DNA of 64,000 nucleotides, from assembly GCA_026770705.1 (NCBI GenBank), contig JANJGN010000012.1:45756001-45820000 (forward strand). The letters are read 5' to 3'. Below, one piece after another: positions 1 through 13,243 of the stretch. The notes under the pieces are model-generated. The model was not told where the DNA came from, did not search any database, and worked only from the letters and a program-made list of their open reading frames with translations. A program made the translations under genes and the position numbers. The DNA is from Isurus oxyrinchus. Taxonomy: Eukaryota. The stretch's first letter is position 1. Each line of letters starts with the position of its first letter.

Positions 1-525
1 AAGTCAGGAGTGTGATGGAACACTCTGCACTTGCCTGGATGAGTGCAGCTCCAACCACACTCGTGAATCTTGACATCATCCAGGACAAAGCAGCCCGCTT
101 CATTGGCACCCCATCCACCACCTCCAAAGTACATTCCCTCCACTATTGATGCACAGTGGCAGCAGTGTGTACCATCTATTCTATAAGATGCACTGCAACA
201 ATTCACCAATGCTCCTTCAACAGCACCTTCCAAACCTGCGACCCCCCTACCGCCTAGAAGAACAAGGGCAACAGATACATGGAACACCACCTGCAAGTTC
301 CCCATCAAACCACACACCATCCTGACTTGGAAATATATTGCCGTTCCTTCAATGTTGCTGGTTCGAAACCCTGGAACTCCCTTCCTAACAGCACTGTGTG
401 TGTACCTACACCACATAAACTGCAGCAGTTCAAGAAGGTGGCTCACCACCATCTTCTCAAGGGCAATTTTGGCAATAAAAACCCTGGCCTAGCCAGCAAC
501 GCCCATGTCCCCTGAAAGAATAAAA
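1..525 (+). mobile_element. CR1-group LINE family A, 3' end fragment
   Basis: Same 3' region and tail (aaggtggctcaccacc...gggcaatt...gccagcaacgcccatgtcc) recurs near 4700-4820, 11050-11190, 12840-12985 and 24530-24680; degenerate. Confidence 0.8.
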
Positions 526-1395
526 AGACACACTCAAAGCTGGAAGAAGAACTCTGTGGAAGCAGAAGCTGGCCATCAAGTGAGGGAGAGGGACACCCCA
601 AGAGAGTTCTCTGTCCAACTTTTTAACATTTAAAATAAAAAGAAAGGTTAAGCAGTTGGGCCACCATTGTGTGGGACAGGAGCCCTTTTTGGCAGCCTGT
701 GTAATTGCTGCTGAGACCTGGCAGGTACAAATGTCTCTAAGCCTGCCTGGAGCACTACCTGGAGTCTGCCACTGAAAGGCCAACCCCAGGCAATTACATT
801 GTTCTTTGGGGACCCATAGGCCAACTGGAAAATTACAATTGGCTTTCGGCAATAGGCCTTGCCTAGACCTTTAATTGGTTGAGTTGGCTATGTCATGCTT
901 GCAAGCAGACCTGTCGCGCATCCATCCCATCTTCGGGAATGTGACCTGGGAGCAGGTTTGAGCTAGGGACCTGGCACACTGGCCAGCAACATGAAATTCT
1001 GCGCCTGCCCAGCTCTGTGCCTACCCCAATGCAGCAGGGCCTAAACGCTCAGCCTGAAGTTTAAGGGAGAGATGAACAAACTAAGGTTTCAAACTTCAGT
1101 AAGACGAATTTCAATGGGATGCGACATCAATTGACCACTGTAATCTGAGCTGAATTATTAAGAAGTATATCTAATGGGCAAACCACACAGTGGGAAGTAT
1201 TCAAAGAAGTATTTGGTACAACCCAAGTCAAGTACATACCCCTAAAAGGCAAAAGCTCCATGTGTGCTTTTAAGCACTCATCATTAATAAATGAGGTAAG
1301 AGACAGAATCATGCAGAAAAGAAAAGGCTTACAAAAAGGCAGGGAGAATCAAAATCCAGCAGGCAAGGAGAGATATAAAAGGATACAAAGAAAAT

Positions 1396-1591
1396 TAAAA
1401 CAGAAAACATGGAAAAACCCAGCAGGTCTGGCAGCATCTGTGGAGAGCTCTGAAGAAGAGTCATATGGACACGAAACGTTAACTTTTGCTTCTCTCTCCA
1501 TAGATACTGTCAGACCTGCTGTGTTTTTCCAAAATTTTCTATTTTTATTTCAGATTTTCAACAACTGCAGTATTTTGCTTTTATTTTAGAT
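1396..1591 (+). mobile_element. Short non-autonomous PLE-terminus element (inverted arms around a hammerhead-like core)
   Basis: cagcaggtctggcagcatct...agatactgtcagacctgctg inverted arms; core ctgaaga-agagtc-atatg-gacac-gaaa-cgtt at 1446-1484; flanking duplication caaagaaaat (1386-1395/1592-1601). Confidence 0.7.
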
Positions 1592-2619
1592 CAAAGAAAA
1601 TATTAGGATGTGCGAAAAAGATTGAGAAAACTTGCACAGCATAAAGCTGACAGTGAGTTTTTAATTAATATATTAACAAAAAGAGCTTGGTAATCATGAA
1701 TGTGGACTATTAAAGTCAGACGCGGGTGATGCTGTAATTGATTATAAAGAATTGATAGACATGTTAAATGACTGCTTTATGTTTTTCTACAGAAGGTATG
1801 AATAAATGAACAATGATTGGCAGGATGTGACAAATAGTGTTGACTATAGCCATGCCATTCCCCAAGAAATGCATGACCAATAGTCGGCCTTTAACTTTAT
1901 GGCTTCAAATATCCGCAGAGATGAACACTCAGCAGTGTGTGAGGTCAGGGAAGGAGCCAGCAGGACTGTATTCTTGAAAGTACACTTGTGTAACCCCACT
2001 ACTGAAGACTTCAGAAATATTGCCATGCTTGGGAAGATGCCACATTATACTACAACCCACCCCATCATCACCTCCCACATACAATGGGACATGGCTCATG
2101 AGCTCAATATTTTTTATATGTTGAAAACTCTATCCATGAACTTTGGGAGTCTAGGCCCAGAATCCAGCCTGGACTCTCTCTCTGGTGGAGCCAACTTGCA
2201 CCATTTAGAAAGGTGGTATGACTCATCTCCTTGGTTGTAAAACCATACAGCGTATCCCACAGAGAGGAAGCAGGAATTCATATCACAATATGTTTGCTCT
2301 CCTTCCCCTTCCCCCTCCACATCAATGGCTTAGAACGATGGAAGTGAACTGGGAAAGTGGCTTGATATGGGGAGGAGGCGGGGTGGGGTGGGATTGATGC
2401 TATCAAAGTGGTACAGCAAGGGGAGGCTACAAAAGACCAAGAAGTAAAGTTATTATCATAGGCAGCAAGAGACATGAGGCCAATATTTTCAACAACCCCT
2501 CAGATGATGTAGATACTAAGCAATTGCATGCTAAGCAATGAAAGCAGCCGAGACAGGGCTAAATGACCCCATAACCAATGGATCAAATCAACGTTCTGTG
2601 GTTGTGAATAGTGCTGAAC

Positions 2620-4820
2620 AATTAAACAACTAACTGAAGGACATCCTCACAAACATTCCCATTCTCAATGATGGCAGAGCCCACATCCACTACAGTACTG
2701 AAAACCTATGCTCCAGCCAAGCTGTTCTAGTACAGCTACAACACTGGCATCTAGCTGACAAGGTGGAAAATTACCCAAGTATATCCTGTCCACAAAAAGC
2801 AGGACAAATCCAATCCAGCCAGTTACCCCCCTTCTATCTACTCTTAATCATCAGCAAAGCGATGGAAGGTGTTATTGACAGTGCTATCAGATCGCGACAC
2901 TTACACAGTGTCATGAAAAGTCCATTACAGCCATGAATTACTTATGGGCATATTGAACTGTGTGTGTTTTTAAAGAAATACAACCCAAGACACTGAGCAA
3001 AAGATGGCTGATAATGTAAAGTGACCACTTTCTGGAAAAATTCTTATGTGGATCATACTGACAAACCTGCCCTAAGCGGACATGGAATGTTGCACCTGAA
3101 AAGGTGTCATGGCATTCTTCAAGCAGAGATACTTAAAAGGGAGATAGGAAAAATGCAAAAGACTGAACTTTAATCTCCTGTGGTTACAGAGACAAAAGAA
3201 TGATTACCACACGTCAACTGTCATCTAAAATCCATCTCCTGTTGATCCATATCTCAGTATGTGTAAAATGGTTGGAGATCAAAGAAAGCAGACTCTGGGT
3301 GTAAGACATGGTTTCTTTCCCTTACAGGAATAACAGGGAAAAATGGCTAACAAGCTAGCTGCAGAGCAGTGCTAGTGTGCTGTGAGAGTGACAGTACAAG
3401 AAGGCTGATTAGTCACCCCTGCAGTTGCAGGTAAAGTCTCTCTCTCTGCTGCTGGACGCAAGGCTCAGCAAAGCCACAATCAAAAAGGAAATAGTCCAGC
3501 CTCTTCAAGCCAACCTGCAGAACCAAGTGTCGCCAAACCAACTGCTAAACTGCCAAAGTCAGCTCTACCGGAATCACCCAACTTAACGGACGCAACGTTT
3601 CACCATTTATGCCTCACAGACAAGCCAAAGACTGATTTTTATATCATTTTTAACTTTTATTTGGACTCTTAACTTCTCATTTCTGATCTGTGTGTATGTT
3701 TGTTGCGTTCTTTTATTTTTCTTGTGTTTTTAGTAACTAATAAACTGACTCTTCCTTTGGCTCAAAAAAGCCTGGTTAAATTGGCTCCTAAAAAAATTGA
3801 ATACATTTGCACTGGGAAAAGGTATCCATGGGGAAAGGGATCCCTTTCAAATTAACCTTGTTGTGACCAACTGAGGGGGTTGAATAAAGGAGGGTAGCCA
3901 ATTCATCCCTCCTTACCCAGGATCATAACAAAATTGGGGTCCTTTTCAGGGTTAACAAACTGGGGAACCTTGCCTAGGGACCGGTTATAACAGCAGAAAT
4001 AATCTGCTCGCTGATGCTCAGTTTAGGTTCTGGCAGGGCCACTTGGCTTTGATCCAAACATGGGCAAAAAAGCTGAATTTCAGAGGTGAGGTCAGGGTGG
4101 CTGCTCTTGACATGAAGGCAGCATTTGACCGAGTATGGCATCAAGGAGCCCTGGCAAAACTGAAGTCAATGGGAATCAGGGAGAATACTGCACTGGTTGG
4201 AGTCATACCTACTACAAAGGAAGATGGTTGGGTTGTTGAAAGACAATCATCTCAATTCCAGGACATTGTTTCAGAAGTTCCTCAGGACAGCAGTGTCCTA
4301 GGCTCAACCATCTTCAGCTGCTTCATCAATGACCTTCCTTCCATCAAAGGACAGAGTGGAGACACCCAGGACAAAACAGCCCACTTGATTTGGCATCCCA
4401 TCCACCACCTTAAACATTCACTTCCACAGTGGGGGCAGCATGTACCATCTACAAATTGCACTGCAGCAACTTGCCAAAGCTCCTTCAACAGTATCTTCCA
4501 AACTCATGACCTCTACCACCTTGAAGGATAAGGGCAGCAGATGCATGGGAACACAACCCTCTGCAACTTCCTCTCCAAGTCACACACCACCCTGACTGGG
4601 AGTTATATTGCCGTTCTTTCATTGGCACTGGGTGAAAAACATGAAACTCCCCCTCACCGCCCCCCCTACCCCCAAAACAGCACTGTGGGTGTACCTATTC
4701 CAGATGGACTGCGGTGGTTCAGCAAGGTGACTCACTGCCATCTTCTCAAGGGCAATTAGGATTGGGGAATATATTGGCCCTGTCAGTGATGTTCACATTC
4801 CCATAAATGGATAAAAAAAA
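2620..4820 (+). mobile_element. CR1-group LINE family A (RT remnant), interrupted by an LTR
   Basis: ORF 4043-4531 has ALDMKAAFDRVWH...VPQD.SVLGSTIFSCFINDL RT motifs; frameshifted; family tail at about 4750-4820. Confidence 0.85.
2909..3991 (+). mobile_element. LTR retrotransposon LTR (solo-like) inserted in LINE
   Basis: Begins TGTCATGA and ends TAACA; contains AATAAA; near-TSD acag/gcag; LINE sequence is contiguous on both sides. Confidence 0.6.
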
Positions 4821-6569
4821 TTGAAAAACAATTCCCTGCTGCACCAGTGGCTGTGATTGCTCAGGTTTTCAATGGGGTATTTCTGTTAACGTGATTAAGT
4901 GGGTACGCAGCTGGGACCCAATTTTTCAGCGGGAGAAAAGGGGCAATTGTCGCAATGGCGGGATATTTTGGTGGCAGCTGAAGTTAGATTGATGAGGCAG
5001 GAGCCGGGTAGGTATGGACTGGGTGAACTGACATAGACAAAAACGGCATCAGACAGTGGGAAAGGTGGAGGAAGGTTTGGGAGGTGACTCAGGTTTTCTG
5101 GCACTAGGGTAGATGGTGTTTCTTGTTAATAGAACCATTGCTTATTATTGGTGGGGTGGTGTGGATGGATTGCGAACAACTTCAGTTGGGTAGCATTCTT
5201 GGCTTTTTCTGAACTCAGGAGACACATAAAGTTCCATCTGCCTCACTGGTATTTGCTATGCTCTTTAGTTTACTTTATATGGACTGTTTTTTATGTGCAT
5301 CAAACACTTTCCTTATTACTATGCAAATCGCTGGAGTTGAATTGCTTCCTTTGCTGTCACCCAGTGGCTCCTACAGAAACTGCAGGTGGACTAAAGAAAA
5401 ACCAAGTGCACAAAAATATAGTACTTGTACAAAAAAATATATTTGATGCTAAAATAATTATCCAGCGATAAAGGACATAGCTTGGACAATTTCACTCACA
5501 ATTCTTGATGAGACTTTTGTTATGAAATCCTAAATAATAAAGTGCAGTTTGGAGAGAAGACCATCGTAAATCGCATTTACAAAGAGCTTGAGTAGCTTTG
5601 AATTTGGCTCCAATTTTTGCCCAGAAATAAATATGATTCAAAGTTCTGATCGAAGGATAAGGGCAGGTGAATTATTTTCCCAAGTGTCCTGCCAGATTTG
5701 GGGTTTGTTTGAGTATGTACCCAGATTATTCTGGGAATTAAGTTCAGTGCCACGTAGGACTGCGAAGAGCAGGAGTACATCCCATACAGGCAAGGGTAGG
5801 GTTCAATACATGCAATTGGATAGGCCTCGATTGAAGGATTTTCAGCTATCCTATAATTGAGACCTGTTATTAAAGGGCTCTTTAGTAACAGCTTGCAGTG
5901 CCGTGACCTCACCACTCACCTTGCCGCCTACCCCACTCACAATGAAATTCAGCTGTGAGTAAAATGGAAGGACTCCAAATCGAGCCATTATTCGGGGCCC
6001 TATGTAAGCACTCCTCCTGCATACTGGGCTTTAAAATTGTGTGAAAAAGTGCTTCCTGGTTTTGTCCTTGGGTGGCCAAGCTCTATTTTTAAGATGACAT
6101 CCCTTCGATTTCCTTGCCAGCAGGAATTATTTTTCCATATCCACTGTACCAAATCCTTCCAACATTTTACCTTGATCAGATCACACTACAATCCAATAAA
6201 CTTGAAGGAATACAAGCCAGGTTTATGCAACCTGTCCTCATCACAGGATTGAGGGGCTGAATGGCCTTCTCTTGCTTCTATGTTCTTTAAGAGCTGTGGA
6301 TTCTAATCCCATTACTATCCTGTCAATATGTATCTCAATCTGTATCTCAGCTCTGTGCCAAAGCAGCCTTAGATATCTTGCAATTCTTATATGGAGAGAG
6401 CAGGAGTGGGGGATGGGGTTCTCTCTGAGGTAAATGGATTTCACAAATAGGCCAAATACAGATCATAAATGAGGACAAAGCCGTGTTTCACAAACCAACA
6501 CCTATCCTCTGACACATTTCAGATCCCTCACAGTAGCCAGAAGTTTCTTTTAAAGTTAGCATAGGTTCA

Positions 6570-8510
6570 TAATTCATAGGAGCAGGAGTGGGCCAGCCTT
6601 GAATATATTCAATGACTCAGCCTCCACAGCTCTCTGCAGTAGGGAATTTCCCTCTGTGAGGAGAAATCCCTTCTCATCTCCGTCTTAAAAGGGTGGTCCC
6701 TTATTTTTAAACCGTGACCCCTAGTTCTATATTCCCGAGGGCTAACATTCGCTCAGCATCTTCCCTCTTTAGCTCCCTCCAAAACTTATATGTTTCAGTG
6801 AGGTCAGCTTTCATTCTTGTAAACTCCAATGAGTGCAGGCACAACCTGTTCAATATTTCCACATTAGACAATCCCTTCATCCCAGGAATCAACCTACTGA
6901 ACCTTCTTTGAACTGCCTGTAGTTACAAGTATATTCCTCATTAAGCAAGGAGACCAAAATTGTACATGGGACTCTAGATGTGGTCTCACCAACACAGTTG
7001 TAGTAAGACATCCTTGCTATTATACTCCATCTTCCCTTGCAACGAAGCAGAGTCAACATAGCTTTATGAAAGGGAAACCAAGTTTAACAATTTTATTAGA
7101 GCTCTTTGAGGATGTAACTAATAGGATGGATAAAAGTACATGTCGTATATTTGGATTCCAAACATTCCATTTGCCTTCCTAATTACTTGCTGCACTTGCA
7201 AGCAAACTTTTTGTTGCACATACAAGGATAACCAGGTCCCTCTGTACCATGGTATTCTGCAGACTCCCTCCATTTATATTTTGTTTGTCTGTTTCATATT
7301 TTTTCACACACTTTTTTTCCATTTAGGGGATGGTGGGTAAGTATTGGAAGGATTAGCAGGCTGATTATTAAATTGCATCATTAACGTCCCTTCCATGACC
7401 AACAAGACTTGCAGTGGAACTTGAACCTGGAGTTTCTGGCTCAGAGACAGGGCCACCAGCTACTAAGCCACGACCTCCTCTCACCATTGTTTAAATAATA
7501 TATTGCTTTCTATTCTTCATACCAAAGTGGATAACTTCACGTTTTCCCACATAACACTCCATCAGCCAAATTTTTATCCACTCACATAACCTATCTACAT
7601 ATATCCCCTTGCAGACTCTGTGTCCTCCACACCTCTTGCTTTCCCACCTATCTTTGTATCAGCAACAAATTTGTCTAGAATACACTCGGTTCCTTCATCC
7701 AAGACATTAATATAGATTGTAAATAGTTGAGGGCCCAGCACTGATTTCTGTGGCACCCTACTAGTTACATTTTGCCAATATGAAAATGACCTGTTTAACC
7801 CAACTCTCTGTTTTCTCTTAGTTGGCCAATCCTCTATCAATGCCCCAACACCATGGTGCTGTATCTTGTATAGTACTTTATATGGCACCTTATCAAATAC
7901 CTTTTGAAAATCCAAATACACTACATCCAATGGTTCCCCTTTATCCACCTTGCTTGTTACATTTTCAAAGAGCTTTAATAAATTTGTCAAGCAAAATTTT
8001 CATCTCATAAAACCATGCTGATTCTGCCTGCTTGTATTGTGATTTTCGAAATGTCCTGCCACTGCTTCCTTAATAATTTATTTCAGCATTTTCTCAATGA
8101 CAGATGTCAGGCAAACTGGCCTGTCGTTTCCTGTTTTCTGTCTCCCTCTTTTCTTGAACAGAGACATTACTTCTTCAGTTTTCCAATGCACTGGGACCTT
8201 GCCAGAACCTAGGGAATCTTGCAAAATTAGAACTAATCCATCCACTTTCTCTTCAGCCACTTCTTTTAAGACCCTAGGATGCAAGTCATCAAGACCTGTC
8301 AGCAAGTAATTCCAGAAGTTTGCCTGGTACTTTTCCTTTAGTGATAATCATTACTTTAAGCTCTTCCCTCCCTTTGCCCACTGATTTTTTTCCTTTTATT
8401 CAGATGCTTTTAGGCTCTTCTACCATGAAGATAGATATAAAGTACTTGTTCAAAGTCTCTCCCATTTCCTTGTTTCACATTATTAATTCCCCAGTCTCAT
8501 CCTCTAATGG
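6570..8510 (-). mobile_element. CR1 LINE family B (RT remnant)
   Basis: ORFs 8078-8305 (GLDDLHPRVLKE...RPVCLTS) and 7595-7990 (DVVYLDFQKVFDKVP...[17 protein letters not shown]...KFVADTK). Confidence 0.9.
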
Positions 8511-8799
8511 ATATATAACTTATTAAGGCTGAGTCAATGGAATTACTGCTCAACAGTCTGCGATGGATGCCTGCATACATCTTGAACAATTGGATTCTCA
8601 ATTGAACAAGCCCAATGCATCTGATTTAATTAGAATCTGAACCTGCCTGAACAGTATTTTGAGCTTGGTGCCTTTACAATTTAATGTGACAAAGGGTACA
8701 CAAATGTGACTAGGGTGCTTTACACTGAAACTGAAGTTATAACCACAGCTGATGTTAAATGCTGCACAAACCAAATCCCAGAAACTTGGCTTACCAGCC

Positions 8800-9768
8800 A
8801 TACCCTTCTTTTTTAATTCTGAAAATGAGAAGAAGACATACTGACCTCAGCAGCAAGAAGTCCAGTAATACTTTCAAGATTTTAAAAATTAAAAAGTAAA
8901 AGTTTTATTAACAAGAATAAAAGAAAGCTTAAGCACCCAAGATTACAGTTGCACAGTTAAAAATTAGTCTTATGAAACATTTCTCCAAAAAGTCTCTCCA
9001 CTTGATCAGACCCACAGGTAAACACCTTCCAGGCAACACAACCTGATAGATGTTTCACTATAAAAATACAGTAATATTACCCAAGGCAAACTGCTGTAGC
9101 TTTAATAAAGGCATACCACATGACCTGTAACTCTCTTCCACTCTGCGGTGGAAAACTCAAGACTTAAAAACAAGTCTGCTTGTTGCAGCCCAAGACCTGT
9201 CTGGCTTGACTGGATGGCTGATTCAAACTGCATCGTCTCCCAGCCTAGAGCCACAGCTCCCAACTTAGCTCTAGCTCTACAGCTACCACAGCTCAAACAG
9301 TCCCTTAAGCTCTCCACAGTAACTCTAAAACATTTTTTTCCCCGATCATCTCAGGTTCCATTGTTTTCACGCCTCTTTGAAACTCAAATTCTTCCAAATA
9401 TAAGAGCTTTCATGTTTCCATCTTGTCTTTGCTTTCAGGTCAATAAAATATAATATCCCCACTTCTATTTACCTATTGAACTTCTACAAGATGCAAGCAT
9501 GTGTCTTGTTATCTCTGACTTCCCTTTGATATTCAAACAAACTCTCCACTTATCTAAAAATGCAAATGATAGATCTAACCTATTCACTTGTACGTCACAC
9601 ATAACAAATGATTCTATCCTTTTCATGTTTTAAACCCCCAGACAACCTGTCTCCTATTAATTACTGTCCAGCTTAATTGAATCATACACACACAGATACA
9701 CACAGACACATGCAACCTTATTCACAGACTATTCCCTCAAAATATTAAAAAAAAATCCATTCCTCACA
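8800..9768 (-). mobile_element. Probable LTR (reverse orientation)
   Basis: Shares tttattaacaa / aagattacagtt.cacagttaaa / aaatgcaa blocks with 44779-45539 and 33690-34540; ends TCACA; boundaries approximate. Confidence 0.45.
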
Positions 9769-10349
9769 CTATGATTACTCTTTGTGGTCTTCTGAAACAA
9801 ATCTTACTTCAGGTCCTCTCCCCCAGGTGCCTCTAAGTCACATTGAGCACAAAATAGAATGAATAATATAAATGAGAGACTATGAACAAAAGGGAACAAG
9901 GACACTACCTCATATCTGCTGACATTTTATAGGTAAGAGCTTAGTGATGAAATATAGTGACATTGCAGATCTTGGGAGACCTGAATGGGTGATTGCTACT
10001 AGGGCCTGGGAGAGGGGGCTGCAGATGGTGCCAAACAATGGGGCCTGAGGGCTAGGGGATGCCCAGGCTCGGTGTTGCAAGGGCATCCAGAGTGAGGAGC
10101 CAGACCCAAAAGACTATTTATTAAAAAGAATCGGGGCCATCAGCCTGAAATCTCTGATTTTTTAAAAGCTGGTTTATCAGCTTAGTTTCAATGAGTTGCT
10201 GTGCTACTGAATCTGACCTTCGGGTAACTTTGTGGTTCCGATTCTGAAAAGCCCACCAAAAAAACCACAAAATCTTCAAAGGTCAGAAGCAGCAACTGAG
10301 CTTGTTCTTGATTGACGATCTATTTGAAAGCTGGTCTGCCCCTTCATCA

Positions 10350-11195
10350 ATTAATTCACCTCCTGACTCCCCAAAGCCTGTCCTCCATCTGCAAGGCACA
10401 AGTCAGACTGTGATGGAATACTACTCTTCACTTGCCTGGATGAGTGCAGCTCCAACAACACTCAAGAAACTTGATACCATCCAGGAGAAAGCAGCACATT
10501 TGACTGGCACCCCATCCACAAACATTTGCTCCCTCCACCACTGACGCACAGTAGCAGCTGCACTGTCTGCGGCCCCCTCTACAAGGCTCTGGTAGCAGTC
10601 ACCTAATCAGGACAGATCTGCGATGTCACTATATTTCATCATTAAGCACTTACCTATAAAATGTCAGCAAATATGAGATAGTGTCCTTGTTCTCTTCTGT
10701 TCATAGTCTCTCATTTATATTATCCATTCAGTCTTATGCTCATTATGACTTAGAGGCACCTGGGGCAGAGGACCTGAGATAAGATTTCTTTCAGAAGACC
10801 GCGGAGAGTAATCATAGTGTGAGTAATTGGATGCATGTACCATCCACAAGATGCACTGCAGGAGTTCACCAAGGGTCCTTAGGCAGCACCTTCCAAACCC
10901 ATGACCATTACCATCTAGAAGGACAAGGGAGCAGATGCATGGGAACACCACCACCTGGAAGTTCCCCTCCAAGCCACTCACCATCCTGACTTGGAAATAT
11001 ATCGCAGTTCCTTCACTGCTGCTGGGTCAAATTCCTGGAACTCCCTCCCTAACAGCACTGTGGGTGTACCTACACCACATGGACTGCAGCAGCTCAAGAA
11101 GGCAGCTCACCACCACCTTCTCAAAGGCAATTAGAGAGGACGTTAAATGCTGGCCTAGCCAGTGATGCCCACACCCTATGAATAAATCAAAAAAA
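10350..11195 (+). mobile_element. CR1-group LINE family A 3' fragment with nested insertion (about 10556-10828)
   Basis: VMEY.SLAWMSAAPTTLKKLDTIQEKAA and the family tail. Confidence 0.8.
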
Positions 11196-11199
11196 AAGT

Positions 11200-11660
11200 T
11201 AAAGATGTTTGGGCCTAGGTCACAACCCTGAAGAACTCTTGCAATGGTGTCCTGGATCTGAGATGATTGACCTCCACAACCATCTCCCTTTGTACTAGGT
11301 TTGACTCCAACCAGCGGCAAGTTTTCCCCCATTGATTCCAGTTTTGCTAGGGCTCCTAGATGCCCACCTGGTCAAATGTTGCCTTGATGCCAAGGGCAGT
11401 TGCTCTCACCTCGCATCTGGAGTTCAGCTCTTTTGTCCATGTTTGAACCAAGGCTGTAATGAGGTCAGGAGTTGAGTGACCCTGACAGGACCCAAACTGA
11501 GTGTCAGTGAGCAGGTTATTGTTTCCATCATTTTACTGATGATCAAAAGTAGGCTGATGGGGCGGTAATTGGCTGGGTTGGATTTGTCCTGTGTTTTGTG
11601 TACAGGACATAACTGGGCGATTGTCCACATTGCTGGGTGGATGCCAGTGTTGTAATTGTA
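11200..11660 (-). mobile_element. CR1-group LINE family A RT fragment
   Basis: WTIAQLCPVHKTQDKSNPANYRPISLL (11424-11630). Confidence 0.8.
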
Positions 11661-11669
11661 CTTGAAGCT

Positions 11670-11790
11670 GTGCTTCTCATACTGTATAAATTTGTTGTTT
11701 CCCCTGATATTGATGTTTTCTTGCGAATTGTCCTAATGAGCACAAGATGAAAAGTTTTGTCAAAAATGTCTCTTTTTTCAGCAATAATCA
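11670..11790 (+). mobile_element. Fragment of second hammerhead-bearing PLE-terminus family
   Basis: Matches 62880-62995 (cttctcatac.gt.taaattg...tgtcct.atgag..caagatgaaaag...tctcttttttcagcaata). Confidence 0.65.
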
Positions 11791-11904
11791 AGTTAGTTAA
11801 ACATAATTTGTTGATTCATGCTGGGATGATAGTTGTATGAAACAAAAACCATCCTCTCTCTCTATCTAATGACCATTTTCTATCTGTGAGCAGATGACAA
11901 AGCT

Positions 11905-12985
11905 GGTTTTCCCTCACGTGATATCAAGAAACAGCTGAAGGCACTGGATACTGCAAAGGTTATGGGCCCTGACAATATTCCAGCAATAGTACTGAAGACT
12001 TGTGCTCCAGAGCTTGCTGGGGCCCTAGCCAAGCTGTTCCAGGACAGCTAAAACACTTGATCTATCTGGCTATGTGGAAAATTGCCCAGGTATGTCCTGC
12101 ACACAAAAAGCAGGACAAATCCAACCATTTGTGACTCCTCAGATACTGAAGCAGTCTTTGTCCAAATGCAGCAAGACCTGGACAATATCCAGGCTTGGGC
12201 TTACAAGTGGCAGATAACATTTGCGCCACACAGGTGCCAGACAATGACCACCTCCAACAAGAGAGAATCTAAACTTCACCCCTTGATATTCAATAGCATT
12301 ACCAATACTGAATGCCCCACTATCAACATTCTGGAGGTTAACATTGACCAGAAGCTGAACTGGACTAGTCATATAAGTACTGTGGCTACAAAAGCAGATC
12401 AGAGGCTAGGGATCCTATGGCGAGTAATTCATGTCCTGACCATCCACAGCCTGTCCAGGCACAAGGCACAAGTCCGGAGTTTGACAGACTCCACTTGCCT
12501 GGATGAGTGCAGCTCCAACAACACTCAAGAAGCTTGACACCATCCAGAACAAAGCAGCCCGCTTGATTGGCACCACATCCATGAACATTCACTCCCTCCA
12601 CCACTGACGCACAGTGGCAGCAGTGTGTATCATCTACAAGGTGCACTGCAGGAATTCACCAAGGTTCCTTAGACAGCACCTCCAAAACCCACAACCACAA
12701 CCATCTAGAAGGACAAGGGCAGTAGATAGATGGGAACACCAACATCTGCAAGTTCCCCTCCAAGTCACTCACCATCCTGATTTGGAAATATATCGCCGGT
12801 TCTTCACTGTCGCTGGGTCAAAATCCTGGAATTCCCTTCCTAACAGCACTGTGGGTGTACCTACACCACATGGACGGCAGCTGTTCAAGAAGGCAGCTCA
12901 CCACTACCTTCTCAAGGACAACTAGGGATGGGCAATAAATGCTGGCCCAGCCAGCAAAGCCCACATCTTGTGAATGAATAAAAAA
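11905..12985 (+). mobile_element. CR1-group LINE family A (deleted, 3' part)
   Basis: MQQDLDNIQAWA.KWQ.TFAP.RCQ...DQKLNWTSHI; family tail. Confidence 0.85.
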
Positions 12986-13084
12986 AGCCACTAGCCGTGG
13001 GAGTAATTTCAACGTTGAGCAATGACATAAAACGCTGCTATCGAATCAGCCATGAAACACCTCATCTGAGTTTGTTTCCCTTTA

Positions 13085-13243
13085 AAAGGATCTGATCTGA
13101 AAGATAGCATCTCTGACAGTGCAAGACTCCCTCGGGACTGCATTCTAGTGCCAGCTTAGATTTTGTGCTCAATTCCCTGTACTGGGACCTTGAACCCATA
13201 ACCTGATGACTCCGAGATGCTCAAAGGGAGCCAGCAGCTGACA
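13085..13243 (-). mobile_element. tRNA-derived SINE fragment (Deu-domain-like)
   Basis: Reverse strand reads tgtcagctg...gggttcaag (B-box-like)...gagcacaaaatctaagctggcact...gagggagt...gcactgtcagagatg. Confidence 0.5.

Noticed and set aside
5148-5471. 107-aa ORF in apparently unique sequence
   Set aside because: No recognisable domain, starts at a non-ATG codon, and has no convincing exon structure.
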